NCBI GenBank assembly: GCA_965223665.1
Contig: OZ245011.1
Span: 2,528,001-2,592,000 of the forward strand
DNA from: Nitrospinaceae bacterium
Lineage (GTDB): Bacteria; Nitrospinota; Nitrospinia; Nitrospinales; Nitrospinaceae
Length of the DNA: 64,000 nt
Reading direction: 5' to 3'
Each line of letters starts with the position of its first letter. Position 1 is the first letter of the stretch. Below, piece by piece: positions 49,807-59,773 of the stretch. The notes under the pieces are model-generated. The model searched no databases, was not told the origin of the DNA, and saw nothing but the letters and a program-made list of their open reading frames with translations. The position numbers and the translations under genes were made by a program.

Positions 49807-50346
49807 ATGGAATTAGTTTCTCTTTATGAATATGAAAAAAGAACGGGAATCAAGCGTCAAAAAACTCACTACAATGTAAAAATTGGACGCCTCAAAACTT
49901 ATAAGGGAAAAATAAATGTAGATGAGGCCAATGAACTATTTGGCTTAATAGATAAGATTGAATCAAATCAAGAATCTTTTCATTCAAATAAATCCAATAA
50001 GAATGAAGAGGAATTCAATTACTATAAGGAACGAGCTATACATGAAAAGTTAAAAATACAACTCACACAATTAGAATTGGGAAGAAAGTCCGGTCAACTT
50101 GTGGAAATTGAATTAGTAGATCAGGAATTGAGTAAGTTAGTAACCGCAGTTCGCCAGAGGTTGTTGGCTTTACCTACCAAACTTACACCTCAACTAGTTA
50201 ATCAAAAATCTCCGGGGTTCATTAAAGAATTAATTACTGAAGCAATTTACGAAGCATTAAGTGAATTTCAACATTATAACCCGGAAAGCGGAAAAATTCT
50301 CTCCGAAAAACTCACATGCTCTCAAGGAGAAAGTGATAATTATTGA
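49807..50346 (+). CDS. terS: Terminase small subunit, lambda Nu1/Rpp-like
   Basis: N-terminal HTH; YYKERAIHEKLK.QL.QLE...SGQLV...V.......VRQRLLALP.KL.P coiled-coil pattern typical of Nu1-like TerS. Confidence 0.8.
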   Translation: MELVSLYEYEKRTGIKRQKTHYNVKIGRLKTYKGKINVDEANELFGLIDKIESNQESFHSNKSNKNEEEFNYYKERAIHEKLKIQLTQLELGRKSGQLVEIELVDQELSKLVTAVRQRLLALPTKLTPQLVNQKSPGFIKELITEAIYEALSEFQHYNPESGKILSEKLTCSQGESDNY

Positions 50347-50582
50347 CTCACTATCTTTTAACTTATATTATTTCTTTAAGAATTAAAGACAAAACTAATT
50401 TTTCAGGTTTCTCGAGAAGGGTTGAGGGTAAATTGTTCAAATCCTAAAAAAAGAAAATTCGATGTTATGCAATTTACATCTTCCTCAGCAAATTATTGAT
50501 ATTTTGAATTATTTTTTAAATTGGATAAAAAATTAATTTTTTTATTTAAATAAATTTAACTCCAATAGGTTCGTAGTTTTTT

Positions 50583-52277
50583 ATGAAAGCTGGTATTACT
50601 TTCCTAGGTATAATTTTAATAATAATTCCTCTTACTTTTTCTGATATTTTTGCAGATGGGGAGCGCGGTCTCAGAGTAATTTTGACTGACAAACCCAAAA
50701 ATAAAGTGTTCTATAAGGAAAGTCATGCATTAATAATCGGTGCAACCAATTATACGCAAGGTTGGCCTAGTTTTCCTAACATCGAAAACGAAATTAACAA
50801 GATAAAAGAAATTCTTTCAAAAATTGGATTTGATGTTGAAGTATTAATGGATCCCACAAAAAGCCAAATGGTTTCGTATATATCAGATTTTGCAGACCAC
50901 TTCGGTCAAGAGATTGATTCTCGCATATTTCTTTATTTTATTGGTCACGGATATTCTCACAAAAATTTCTTTTCTCAGAAAACCGGATTCTTTGTACCGG
51001 TTGATGCACCGAAACCGAATAAAGATTTAGACGGATTTATAAAAAAAGCCTTTTCTTTAAATGAACTAGAGTCTATTACCAGTGGAATTAAAGCAAAACA
51101 TATTTTGTATCTATTTAATAGTTCCTTTACTAATGCCAATATGTCTTCCACTCCTTTTTCACAAAATGAAATAACTTTGGAAACCAACCAAGCTTCCAGG
51201 CAAATAATAATTGCTGATACTAATAGTTTATTGGTTGGGAAAAAACATGGGTTGGGGGAAATGTTTGTTAATGCTCTAAAAGGAATGGGAGACTTCAACA
51301 AAGATGGAAAAATAACCGGAAGTGAATTAGCTAAATACTTTCGTGATTCAATAAAAGAGTATTCAAATGAGAACTGGGATATACAGTTTGGAAACTTCCA
51401 AAGTTTGGAGAATGCAAAAGGGGATTTTGTTTTTTCAAAAATCTCCTCAGAGTTATCAGAAGATAAATCTATTCACTCTTATGAAAATTCAGAAAAAGAT
51501 GAAAACACGGACGATTTTAAAACCGAGACCTCTATTGATGAAAAGAAGCGTATTGCTGAGGAGGAGAGAAGGATAAAAGAGATAAAGGAAAAGCTGAAAT
51601 TATCAAGTTTGGAACCCCAAAAAAAGATTCCTTTTGTAACCCAATCTACTCCCCCTGAAGGAATGGTATTTGTTCTAGGTTCCGAATACCTAGCCGGTTC
51701 TGAGAAAACAGGAAGTGACTCTGTACCTTTACGAAAAGTATTTATTCAGAGTTTCTACATTGATAAAACAGAGGTAACCCAAGAGAAATATAAAAAAATC
51801 ATGGGAAGAAATCCCTCAAGGTTTAAAGGAGAAAATCTTCCTGTGGAAAGAGTTAGTTGGTCAAAAGCCCGAAAGTATTGCCAAAAAATAGGTAAACGAC
51901 TTCCTACAGAGGCAGAATGGGAATATGCTGCGAGGGGAGGAGCTGGAAATAATTCACTCGGAGATTATTGGTTCAATGGAAATACTCAACATAGTCAACC
52001 AGTTGGGAAGAAGGAACCCAATTCAATTGGATTATACGATATGCTTGGGAATGTGTGGGAATGGACCCAAGACTGGTATGACAAAAATTACTATGAAACC
52101 AGATTGGATAATAACCCTCTTGGCCCTAAAAAAGGAACTAAAAAAGTTTTACGTGGTGGAGCATGGAATTCATCCTTGGATATGATTCATCCCTCTTATC
52201 GAAGTTACTACGATCCCAGATACAAGAGTGCGACTTTTGGTTTTCGATGTGCGAAAAGCTTAAAAAATAACCAGTGA
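50583..52277 (+). CDS. Secreted caspase-like (peptidase C14 fold, catalytic Cys absent) plus FGE/SUMF1-domain protein
   Basis: SHALIIG..NY, FIGHG, but LFNSSF in place of DxC. C-terminal FYIDKTEVT, PVERVSW, RLPTEAEWEYAARG, DMLGNVWEW, FGFRC. Confidence 0.85.
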   Translation: MKAGITFLGIILIIIPLTFSDIFADGERGLRVILTDKPKNKVFYKESHALIIGATNYTQGWPSFPNIENEINKIKEILSKIGFDVEVLMDPTKSQMVSYISDFADHFGQEIDSRIFLYFIGHGYSHKNFFSQKTGFFVPVDAPKPNKDLDGFIKKAFSLNELESITSGIKAKHILYLFNSSFTNANMSSTPFSQNEITLETNQASRQIIIADTNSLLVGKKHGLGEMFVNALKGMGDFNKDGKITGSELAKYFRDSIKEYSNENWDIQFGNFQSLENAKGDFVFSKISSELSEDKSIHSYENSEKDENTDDFKTETSIDEKKRIAEEERRIKEIKEKLKLSSLEPQKKIPFVTQSTPPEGMVFVLGSEYLAGSEKTGSDSVPLRKVFIQSFYIDKTEVTQEKYKKIMGRNPSRFKGENLPVERVSWSKARKYCQKIGKRLPTEAEWEYAARGGAGNNSLGDYWFNGNTQHSQPVGKKEPNSIGLYDMLGNVWEWTQDWYDKNYYETRLDNNPLGPKKGTKKVLRGGAWNSSLDMIHPSYRSYYDPRYKSATFGFRCAKSLKNNQ

Positions 52278-52280
52278 TTT

Positions 52281-55200
52281 CTATTTAACCGCAATCACAA
52301 GGTTCCTCATTCCTGTGGGTATTACTGCGAAAGGATGCTGCGTACTGTCCAGTTCTGAATTTGGAATGGATTTCAATAAAATTCCTCGACTTTGCATAGC
52401 AGATAATACTTCAATATTTCGCTTAGGAACTTCTTTGTCTACATAATTTCTTAATGAAGTAAAAAATAATTTTCCATCTTTAAATCGAGCCTTACCTTTT
52501 ATCCCATCTATGATTGCCCGGGTGAAAACGCCGCCCTTTTCCGTTTCTAATCCAAGTTCCTGACGAGATGTTCCTGTATAAATAATAGAATTCACATCAT
52601 GAATATCTTTAGCTAATTTCTGAAGGTCTTTCGAGTTTTCACTAATCACTTCCCCAGCTTCGCAAGTATCAATAATTACCATGCGTCTGCCAAGGGTTTG
52701 ATCTAAGATTTTATGCAATTTTACCCAATCAAAGCTAGTCCCCGAAGTAGACACTTTTAACTGACTATTGGATTTTTTGATTTCAGAATCTGCTGTCAAA
52801 AAATGATAATTTCCCTTTTCGTCAGTTATCCCGTGACCCGCAAAAAAATAGATCGTAGTATCATTTGGTCCAATATTTTGTATCTGGTTCAATAAAAAGG
52901 TATCAATGTCTGAGGCTTTTATTAATTTCCCATCTTGATCAGTCAAAATATTCACAACAACATTTTTAAAAAGTTTTTTTCCTTTAATTTTAAAAAGTTG
53001 AGCCATATTGAAAGCATCCAGAGGAGGGGAATACAATTGTTGCTTCTCAGGTAAATTGGGATATTGACCTATCCCAATAGCATTAACATGCAAGGTACCT
53101 TCATTGTTTTCGTTTTTATCTTTTTTGTTATTTTTTACCCATCTTTGATCACCATTTTCTGCCCACAAATTTTCAACCAGAACCTTTATGTGGTTATTAC
53201 TTCTTGGAAGAAAAGTTTGAAAATGTAAAGTATCCCCAGGATTGACTCCAGAAAGATTTCTTTGCTCTTGGGGAAGGATTTGGAAACCATTTACATAAAT
53301 GGTTATCCGTTCGGGTACCGTAATCTTATTTTTCCCCAGTTTGATGTTTATATCTGTTTTCCCTGATTTGTCGGTCTGGATGGATGCAATTTTTACATTT
53401 ACCGGAGCTCGTTTGATTAACTCATCAACCGAAATTTTTTCCAGGCCGGCCTTTTTAATTGCCCGCGTTGAGGAACTTAAAGCAAGAGTATCTCTAATAA
53501 TATCAGGACGATAAAGAAATCGGCGAAATTGGGAAGCAGTGTAATAATCGGCTGGCTTATCATATCCTCTATTTACCCGCCAACCCACATAACGATCTCC
53601 TTTGGGAGAAGCATCATAAAACCCCTCAGGTGTCCAAGCAACCCACTCATCATCAAATCCATGAAAAATACTGAGAAGCAGGCTACCTGAAGATATATCC
53701 CAAATCTTTATTGTTTGATCCGCGGAGCCTGAAAATAGCCAGCGGTTATCAGGCGAAACCGATAAAGCCCAAACATCAGACGTATGACCAATAAAGTCAT
53801 TCACTTTTTTGCCATTTTCAATGTTGTAAGAAGTTAAAACACCGTGAGCACCCCCACTAATAATTAATTTCCCGTTGTGAGTTATGGTAACACTTCGGTG
53901 GTCAGAACCCGTAAACTGGTCTTTCTTTATCCTTTTATGAAAGACTCCCTTTTTATAAATGTTAAGAGTAGGATGAATATTTTTATTAGGTGTATCTATT
54001 GACCAGTTTTCTATTTTCTTAAAAGCCTGAAAATAATTTTTATCGTCTTGTATTAAAGAACCGACACCAAGATTAAAATCACCAGAGGGTTCCTGCAAAA
54101 TAAAACTTTTTAAGAGAGGAACATTGAACTTAAGGCAACTTTTTCCAGGACAAATTCTTTTTTTTCTCCAAGCAAGTCTCTTTCCCTCTTTTGAAATACC
54201 AATACCAAAAATTCCTTTTCCTTTTCCAACCAATTTTTTTATAACTTCTCCAGTAGATATGTCCCATAAATAAAATTCATGGTTTACTCCTCCACCTGTG
54301 AGAGCGATTTTTCCATTTGGAGAAATAGCTGTCGCTAATGTAATATTGTCATGTTTGCTAAAAAAAGATAGACGCTTCCCAGTTGGAATTTCAAAAACAT
54401 TGTTTATTGAGGTATCACCAGCAGCTCCAGTTAAAACTTTTTTCCCATCCGGAGAAATGGAAATATTTGCTACATCGGAACCCTGCACTCCTAAGATTTT
54501 TAAATATTTTCCAGTTAGGCCGTTCCATATTCGAATACTATTGTCCCGGCTTCCCGAAAGTATGTACTCCCCATTCGGAGTAAAAGCAACTGTATCAACA
54601 AAATCTATATGTCCTCTTAAGTTGGAAATTAGGTTGCCAGATGAAACATCCCATAGTTTTAACGTATTATCATGACTCCCTGTTACAACCATTGAGTCAT
54701 CCGGTGAAAAAGCGACTGCCGCAACTTTTCCTTTATGACCTTTCAATATATGTTTTGTTTTTCCAGTTTTTAGATTCCAAATTCTAGCAATATTATCAAA
54801 GCCTCCTGAGATCAAAAATTTACCACTATTTGAAAAAGCTAAGTCTAGAATAACGTTTGTATGCCCCTTTAATAATTTGATTATTTCACCAGTATGGAAA
54901 TCTATAATTCGAATATTTCCACATTGGCCGGGGCATTCATTGTGAAACCACCCTCCCAAAGCTAACAGATTATTATTGGGAGAAAGAGCCGCAGCGTATA
55001 TCATTCCTTCTGTTGCATTTCCAATTTGTCCCCTGAAAACTTTTGTGGTAATTCCTCTTTCAATATCTATCACACGGGCAGTTTTATCGTCAGAGATTGT
55101 AACCAAACTTTTACCATCTTTAGTAAAAAATGCATCTCTAATAATGGATGTATGACCTCCTGAATTAATTTCAAGAATAGGCTTTTCAAATGAATTTTTA

Positions 55201-55397
55201 GTATTACTAACCTTATTGAATGAAATATTAGTTCTATAGAATAATGGGGAGGTTAAGGATACGTTTTGAGGGGCAGCGTTTAACTTACTAGTGAAATGAG
55301 AAAAAAAAATAAAACAAATAGAAGTAATTATACTTAATATCAAATGCAATTTAGAAAGAGACCTGACAGGAAGGCCTATTTTGCATGTTTTTGACAT
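52281..55397 (-). CDS. WD40-repeat plus caspase (peptidase C14) protein, probably exported
   Basis: Many GH...WD repeats, EWVAWTPEGFYDAS linker, intact FFAGHG and IIDTCEAG dyad, N-terminal hydrophobic signal. Confidence 0.9.
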   Translation of the reverse strand: MSKTCKIGLPVRSLSKLHLILSIITSICFIFFSHFTSKLNAAPQNVSLTSPLFYRTNISFNKVSNTKNSFEKPILEINSGGHTSIIRDAFFTKDGKSLVTISDDKTARVIDIERGITTKVFRGQIGNATEGMIYAAALSPNNNLLALGGWFHNECPGQCGNIRIIDFHTGEIIKLLKGHTNVILDLAFSNSGKFLISGGFDNIARIWNLKTGKTKHILKGHKGKVAAVAFSPDDSMVVTGSHDNTLKLWDVSSGNLISNLRGHIDFVDTVAFTPNGEYILSGSRDNSIRIWNGLTGKYLKILGVQGSDVANISISPDGKKVLTGAAGDTSINNVFEIPTGKRLSFFSKHDNITLATAISPNGKIALTGGGVNHEFYLWDISTGEVIKKLVGKGKGIFGIGISKEGKRLAWRKKRICPGKSCLKFNVPLLKSFILQEPSGDFNLGVGSLIQDDKNYFQAFKKIENWSIDTPNKNIHPTLNIYKKGVFHKRIKKDQFTGSDHRSVTITHNGKLIISGGAHGVLTSYNIENGKKVNDFIGHTSDVWALSVSPDNRWLFSGSADQTIKIWDISSGSLLLSIFHGFDDEWVAWTPEGFYDASPKGDRYVGWRVNRGYDKPADYYTASQFRRFLYRPDIIRDTLALSSSTRAIKKAGLEKISVDELIKRAPVNVKIASIQTDKSGKTDINIKLGKNKITVPERITIYVNGFQILPQEQRNLSGVNPGDTLHFQTFLPRSNNHIKVLVENLWAENGDQRWVKNNKKDKNENNEGTLHVNAIGIGQYPNLPEKQQLYSPPLDAFNMAQLFKIKGKKLFKNVVVNILTDQDGKLIKASDIDTFLLNQIQNIGPNDTTIYFFAGHGITDEKGNYHFLTADSEIKKSNSQLKVSTSGTSFDWVKLHKILDQTLGRRMVIIDTCEAGEVISENSKDLQKLAKDIHDVNSIIYTGTSRQELGLETEKGGVFTRAIIDGIKGKARFKDGKLFFTSLRNYVDKEVPKRNIEVLSAMQSRGILLKSIPNSELDSTQHPFAVIPTGMRNLVIAVK

Positions 55398-55486
55398 TTT
55401 TAGATCTTGTATTGACTAAAAAAATATTAATTTTTTTTTAAAAAGAAATACTTCGTATTCTAAATAATTATACAATGAAATTAAAT

Positions 55487-57670
55487 TTATTGATCACCTT
55501 GACAGGCTTGGTCTCCTTCAATACAGCCTCCGGCATCTAACTCCTCTGTTTCTTGTTCAAGTAGGACTATCATATCTGCCGGGTCAGTTTTCTCAGGTTG
55601 TCTTTCTTCACTTTTAGTTTTAGTAATTTGGCGAGTAGATTGAACCGCCTGTTCAGCGGGTTCATTAGTTGTCTGGCTGTCCACTCGGGCTTGGCATGCT
55701 GGTCCGCTGCAATTTCTACCTCCCCCTCCGGGATCCCGTTTATATCCTCTTGGTTGTCCTAAAAGCACAAGCTGACCGCCCTCTATCGAACGGTCTGGAC
55801 CCCTTGTATCCAAGGTAATATTGTCTAAAAAGGAAAGATCCCGAAATTTCCAATCTAACACTTGCCCTTCGGTAACGGAATTTTCATCTTCATCTACCAC
55901 AGTATCTAAATTTGATATTAGAATCCCAATATTCCCTCCTCTGGTTGTAATTCTATTGTTTGTTTCTTCAAATATAATTTCATTTGTTTCAAAAAGTACA
56001 GAGGGGGTTGGGTATTTCTGGTCCCCAGGCGTAATTCCTCCGTCAATACCGTCTATTAAAAATTTTTCACCATCTTTACGTAAGGTTTGTTTAAGATCCA
56101 AGATATTATCTGAAAGCCTTTCTAAAATTATTGCTTCATCTGCAATTAAATGAATGAATGTATCTTTTCCTATTCTTTCCAAGGCTTCCTCCGAAACAAC
56201 CTCTGTTCCTAGTTCCGCATTATCTCTACTGTCTGGAACCGGATCTGTTTGAAAACCACTAAGATCATTTTCGATGGATCCTCCATCAAATTCAGTTCTA
56301 CTATCTGAAAATATCGAGATTTCACCAATAGGTTTTTCCAAGAGTGGTCTTCCAAATTCCTCATCAGTGATTCTCAATATTCTTGGATCTAACAATAGAG
56401 CTCCAGCTGAGCCATTTGTAGAACCTGCATCTACAAATCCAGCAAAAGTGAGGTTTTCTTTTCCTGATACTTCTACCAATCCACCGTCGCCCGAAACTGA
56501 ACCACCTCGTGAATCAATATTTCCAAAATAACGTGTCGTTCCATCCGCCCAAAGAATGACCTTGCCACCGTCTCCGTTTTCCAAAGCAGATGCATCAATT
56601 ATTGTATTGGGCCCTACATAAGTTTGAGTAGCATTCGGTACCTCTCCCTTACCCTGGAAATCTCCTCCGACTAATGCAGTTCCTCCTCCAGATACTCCCG
56701 AAACATTTATAAATGCATATTGAAATAACCCTACCTTATCTCCCAACACATGAACCGTACCACCCATATCCCCTGATTCATTGCCAGATGCATCCAATTC
56801 GCCGGTTACAGCAGTAATTCCATTCTCTCCACCCATCAGCCAGATTTCCCCATTTTTCTCCTGGAGAGTATTTGCCCGGATTCGACCTGAATGATTCACC
56901 GTATTACGAATTACGGAACCTGCATCCAACGCTGAAAGTATTACTCTTCCACCATCTGCTTCAATTATTCCGGTATTTAATACTCTATTTTCAAGAATGT
57001 TACCTTGATCATCAAGAACATCCCCTTCCACTGCTTCAGATATTGCGAAGTTAATCAAACCATCACCCGCAAAATCAAGAGTAACCTCAGTACCTGAAGC
57101 CAAGGCCACAGACCCAAGGTTTGCCGTTATGGTCCCTTTGTTGTATACCGCCGGAGCAAGTAATCCTATTGTGGTTCCCTCAATATGCCCTTCATTAATA
57201 ATTGCAGACAAGGGATTATTTGGATCTTGAGAAAACAAATAATTTTGATTCAAAAAATCCTGGTCTGAAATATTCAATGTAGTTGCTACTAAGCCTCCGA
57301 CATTAATACGGGCATCTTGACCAAAAATAATTCCTGAGCGGTTCGTAAGAAAAACTTTTCCATTCGAGGATAAACTTCCCAAAATAGCACTGGGATTAGC
57401 CCCTACCACTCGATTGAGCGCAACAGCATTTGAATTGGGTTGAGAAAAATGAACAGACTCAGCTTTTCCAATACTGAAGGAATTCCAATTGGTTATCAGT
57501 TGTTGGGAGGATTGGTTAATCACCATACTCTTCGGATCAGGTTGGTGAATATTTCCTTGACCAGATGTGATTTGACCTCCTTGGGGAAGTGCAAAGGAAG
57601 AAAGAGGATTAGCAAAATAAAGGATAATTAGAAAGCTGAGAAAACTTTTCTTGAAAAATATTTTATTCAT
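55487..57670 (-). CDS. TpsA / filamentous-haemagglutinin N-terminal (TPS) domain exoprotein
   Basis: Signal peptide then ALPQGGQITSG, NWNSFSIG, LNRV.G..PS.I.G.L.SNG.VFL.N, and GG.VEVSG...LLLDP beta-helix repeats. Confidence 0.9.
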   Translation of the reverse strand: MNKIFFKKSFLSFLIILYFANPLSSFALPQGGQITSGQGNIHQPDPKSMVINQSSQQLITNWNSFSIGKAESVHFSQPNSNAVALNRVVGANPSAILGSLSSNGKVFLTNRSGIIFGQDARINVGGLVATTLNISDQDFLNQNYLFSQDPNNPLSAIINEGHIEGTTIGLLAPAVYNKGTITANLGSVALASGTEVTLDFAGDGLINFAISEAVEGDVLDDQGNILENRVLNTGIIEADGGRVILSALDAGSVIRNTVNHSGRIRANTLQEKNGEIWLMGGENGITAVTGELDASGNESGDMGGTVHVLGDKVGLFQYAFINVSGVSGGGTALVGGDFQGKGEVPNATQTYVGPNTIIDASALENGDGGKVILWADGTTRYFGNIDSRGGSVSGDGGLVEVSGKENLTFAGFVDAGSTNGSAGALLLDPRILRITDEEFGRPLLEKPIGEISIFSDSRTEFDGGSIENDLSGFQTDPVPDSRDNAELGTEVVSEEALERIGKDTFIHLIADEAIILERLSDNILDLKQTLRKDGEKFLIDGIDGGITPGDQKYPTPSVLFETNEIIFEETNNRITTRGGNIGILISNLDTVVDEDENSVTEGQVLDWKFRDLSFLDNITLDTRGPDRSIEGGQLVLLGQPRGYKRDPGGGGRNCSGPACQARVDSQTTNEPAEQAVQSTRQITKTKSEERQPEKTDPADMIVLLEQETEELDAGGCIEGDQACQGDQ

Positions 57671-57713
57671 GACTCCCCCAAGTATAAAAATATCAAAAAA
57701 ATATCCTTTGAAA

Positions 57714-59477
57714 TTAAAAAGTCAAAATTCCATTTACAAGCCAAGTATGATCACTCCCATCAGAGGGCCTTGGTCCTGACAGAGGCTTACTGTAACTTAC
57801 GGCAAATGAAAAAGCCGGGATCCAAAACTCAGCTTTTAATTTTGGAATATTGATTTGCAAACCAAACCCATATCCAGAGATATATTCATCATTAGATTCC
57901 CCCGGCAAAGCATCAATAACAAAAACACCCCCGTAATCAATAAATCCAATAAAAGAAAAAATATCCTTTAATGACAAACCATTGATGCCCAAAGGTATAT
58001 CTACAGGGAACGGTAAAACATATTCAGCAGAAACTGCAAATCCATGGTCTCCTGAAAACTCTGCCAAGGGATACCCTCGAACTGTACCTACACCCCCAAT
58101 GGCAAATAAGTCCGGGGCCAGAACCCTAGAGCTTGCTATTTGCCCTGACCCTTTTAATATGAAATAACTATTTAATACATTTATATTTTGATACCGAGTT
58201 ATTACTGCATACCCAATGGTCGCATCATCATTTCCTCCTCGGTCTAAAGGAAGAAGATTACTCTCGTCAAAAACCGTTTGCTGACCTCTTAAATCAAAAA
58301 ACGTCCACCCTAAAAAATTATCTCGTATATTTCCCCTAATCGCTATAAAAGCATCCCCAATATCATCATCACTGGTTTTGATAGTATCAAACTGGAAGTT
58401 ATTATAAATTCTGTATTCAAATCCTCCGAATAAACCAATTTGAATTGATCGAGATCTGAATACAGGGATTCCCAATTCAATGTTAAATAAATTTGCATCC
58501 CCTCCTCCTCTTAATGCCGAAAGAGATTGTCCCAGTGTAAAATCTGAATAAGTGTAAGAAAACTTTAAAGAAAACCCGAGGCTATTAAAAAAATATAAAT
58601 AAGAGGCATTGATATAATTTAAATCCTCGTCGGTTTTGATTCCTCTAAAATAAATTTGATCTCCAAGACTCAAAAGGTTCGCAACTAAAGCCGACACACC
58701 AAATCTGTTTCCGCCTGTAAAACGGGATCCAAAATTATCACCGTCAATAGAAATAGAATAATTTTGGGTTTCAGTAATTTGAAGGACCAGATCGGAAGTG
58801 CCTGGAAGTTCTCCTGGACGTAAAGTGGATCGAACAGTAACGCCCATAAGATCATTTAATTGCAAAAGCAAACTTTCAAGATTTTGTTCCCTTAAAGGAG
58901 CTCCTCCCGTAAGTTTTTTTAGTCGGGCTCTGATATCATTAGAATCAATCTTGTTGTTACCCAATATTTCAATTTGATCTACCCTACCTTCTGCAATTAT
59001 AATTTTTACTAGACCATCTAATATTTTCTGTTGTGGAATATAGGCTTCAGATAGAATAAAACCTTCTTCACCATAGAAAGAAGTTATCTTATTCGCAATT
59101 TGATTCAATTCCTCTACAGTCATTTTCTTATTTGGAGAAACTTCTATAATCTCAGATAATTTTTGGTCACTAAAAACCGTATTGCCTTCAAAAATAATTT
59201 GTTTTACCAATACCGATGGACCTTTTAACCTTTCCGGTGCTTTGACTTTTGGTCCTTTCGTACCTGTATCCGGTATTGAAATTTCTGGTTGTTTTTTTTC
59301 GGGAGGTCGAACCGTGGGTTGAGATTTTCGAAGGGATCTATCAATAACACCTGATTTACCAGCATCAGGAACTTGGGAAAGGGAAAAGTCTACAAAACCT
59401 AGAATTATTACAAAAGAAAGAAAAAACCCAACAAAAACAGGTCGAACAGTTAGAATTAGCATAGTGAAGATCACCAA
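57714..59477 (-). CDS. TpsB (ShlB/FhaC/HecB) outer-membrane transporter
   Basis: POTRA motifs (FEGNTVFS, ITSFY...GFILS..YIPQQ, EGRV), DNFGSRFTG, IGGVGTVRGY (VRGY loop), C-terminal F. Confidence 0.92.
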   Translation of the reverse strand: MVIFTMLILTVRPVFVGFFLSFVIILGFVDFSLSQVPDAGKSGVIDRSLRKSQPTVRPPEKKQPEISIPDTGTKGPKVKAPERLKGPSVLVKQIIFEGNTVFSDQKLSEIIEVSPNKKMTVEELNQIANKITSFYGEEGFILSEAYIPQQKILDGLVKIIIAEGRVDQIEILGNNKIDSNDIRARLKKLTGGAPLREQNLESLLLQLNDLMGVTVRSTLRPGELPGTSDLVLQITETQNYSISIDGDNFGSRFTGGNRFGVSALVANLLSLGDQIYFRGIKTDEDLNYINASYLYFFNSLGFSLKFSYTYSDFTLGQSLSALRGGGDANLFNIELGIPVFRSRSIQIGLFGGFEYRIYNNFQFDTIKTSDDDIGDAFIAIRGNIRDNFLGWTFFDLRGQQTVFDESNLLPLDRGGNDDATIGYAVITRYQNINVLNSYFILKGSGQIASSRVLAPDLFAIGGVGTVRGYPLAEFSGDHGFAVSAEYVLPFPVDIPLGINGLSLKDIFSFIGFIDYGGVFVIDALPGESNDEYISGYGFGLQINIPKLKAEFWIPAFSFAVSYSKPLSGPRPSDGSDHTWLVNGILTF

Positions 59478-59773
59478 GAAGAATTCAGGTTAAGCGCATT
59501 GTTACTTTGATATTTTAATTGCTGTTTTTTAGGGTGATCTTGCTATTTCATGTCTAAAAAGTCAACTGTTTTTTTTCCGAAAATGATTGGTTAGTTTACA
59601 AAATATTCTTAAAGCAGGTGGGCGAGAAAAAGGAAAGAAAATGAGAGTAAATATAATCAATTTACAAAAATCCAAGCAAATTAATTAAACTAAAGTTAAA
59701 ATAAACCCTATATTTTCCAAAATTTACTTTACATCCAACTATGACTGCAAAAACTACAAAAATTGGTTATTTT

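Noticed and set aside
45845-50346. Complete prophage
   Set aside because: No large terminase, portal, capsid, tail or lysis genes follow terS within the window.
51660-52277. FGE domain (and DUF1566 at 8558-9061) as diversity-generating retroelement targets
   Set aside because: Both folds can be DGR targets, but no reverse transcriptase or adenine-variant template repeat was seen in the window.
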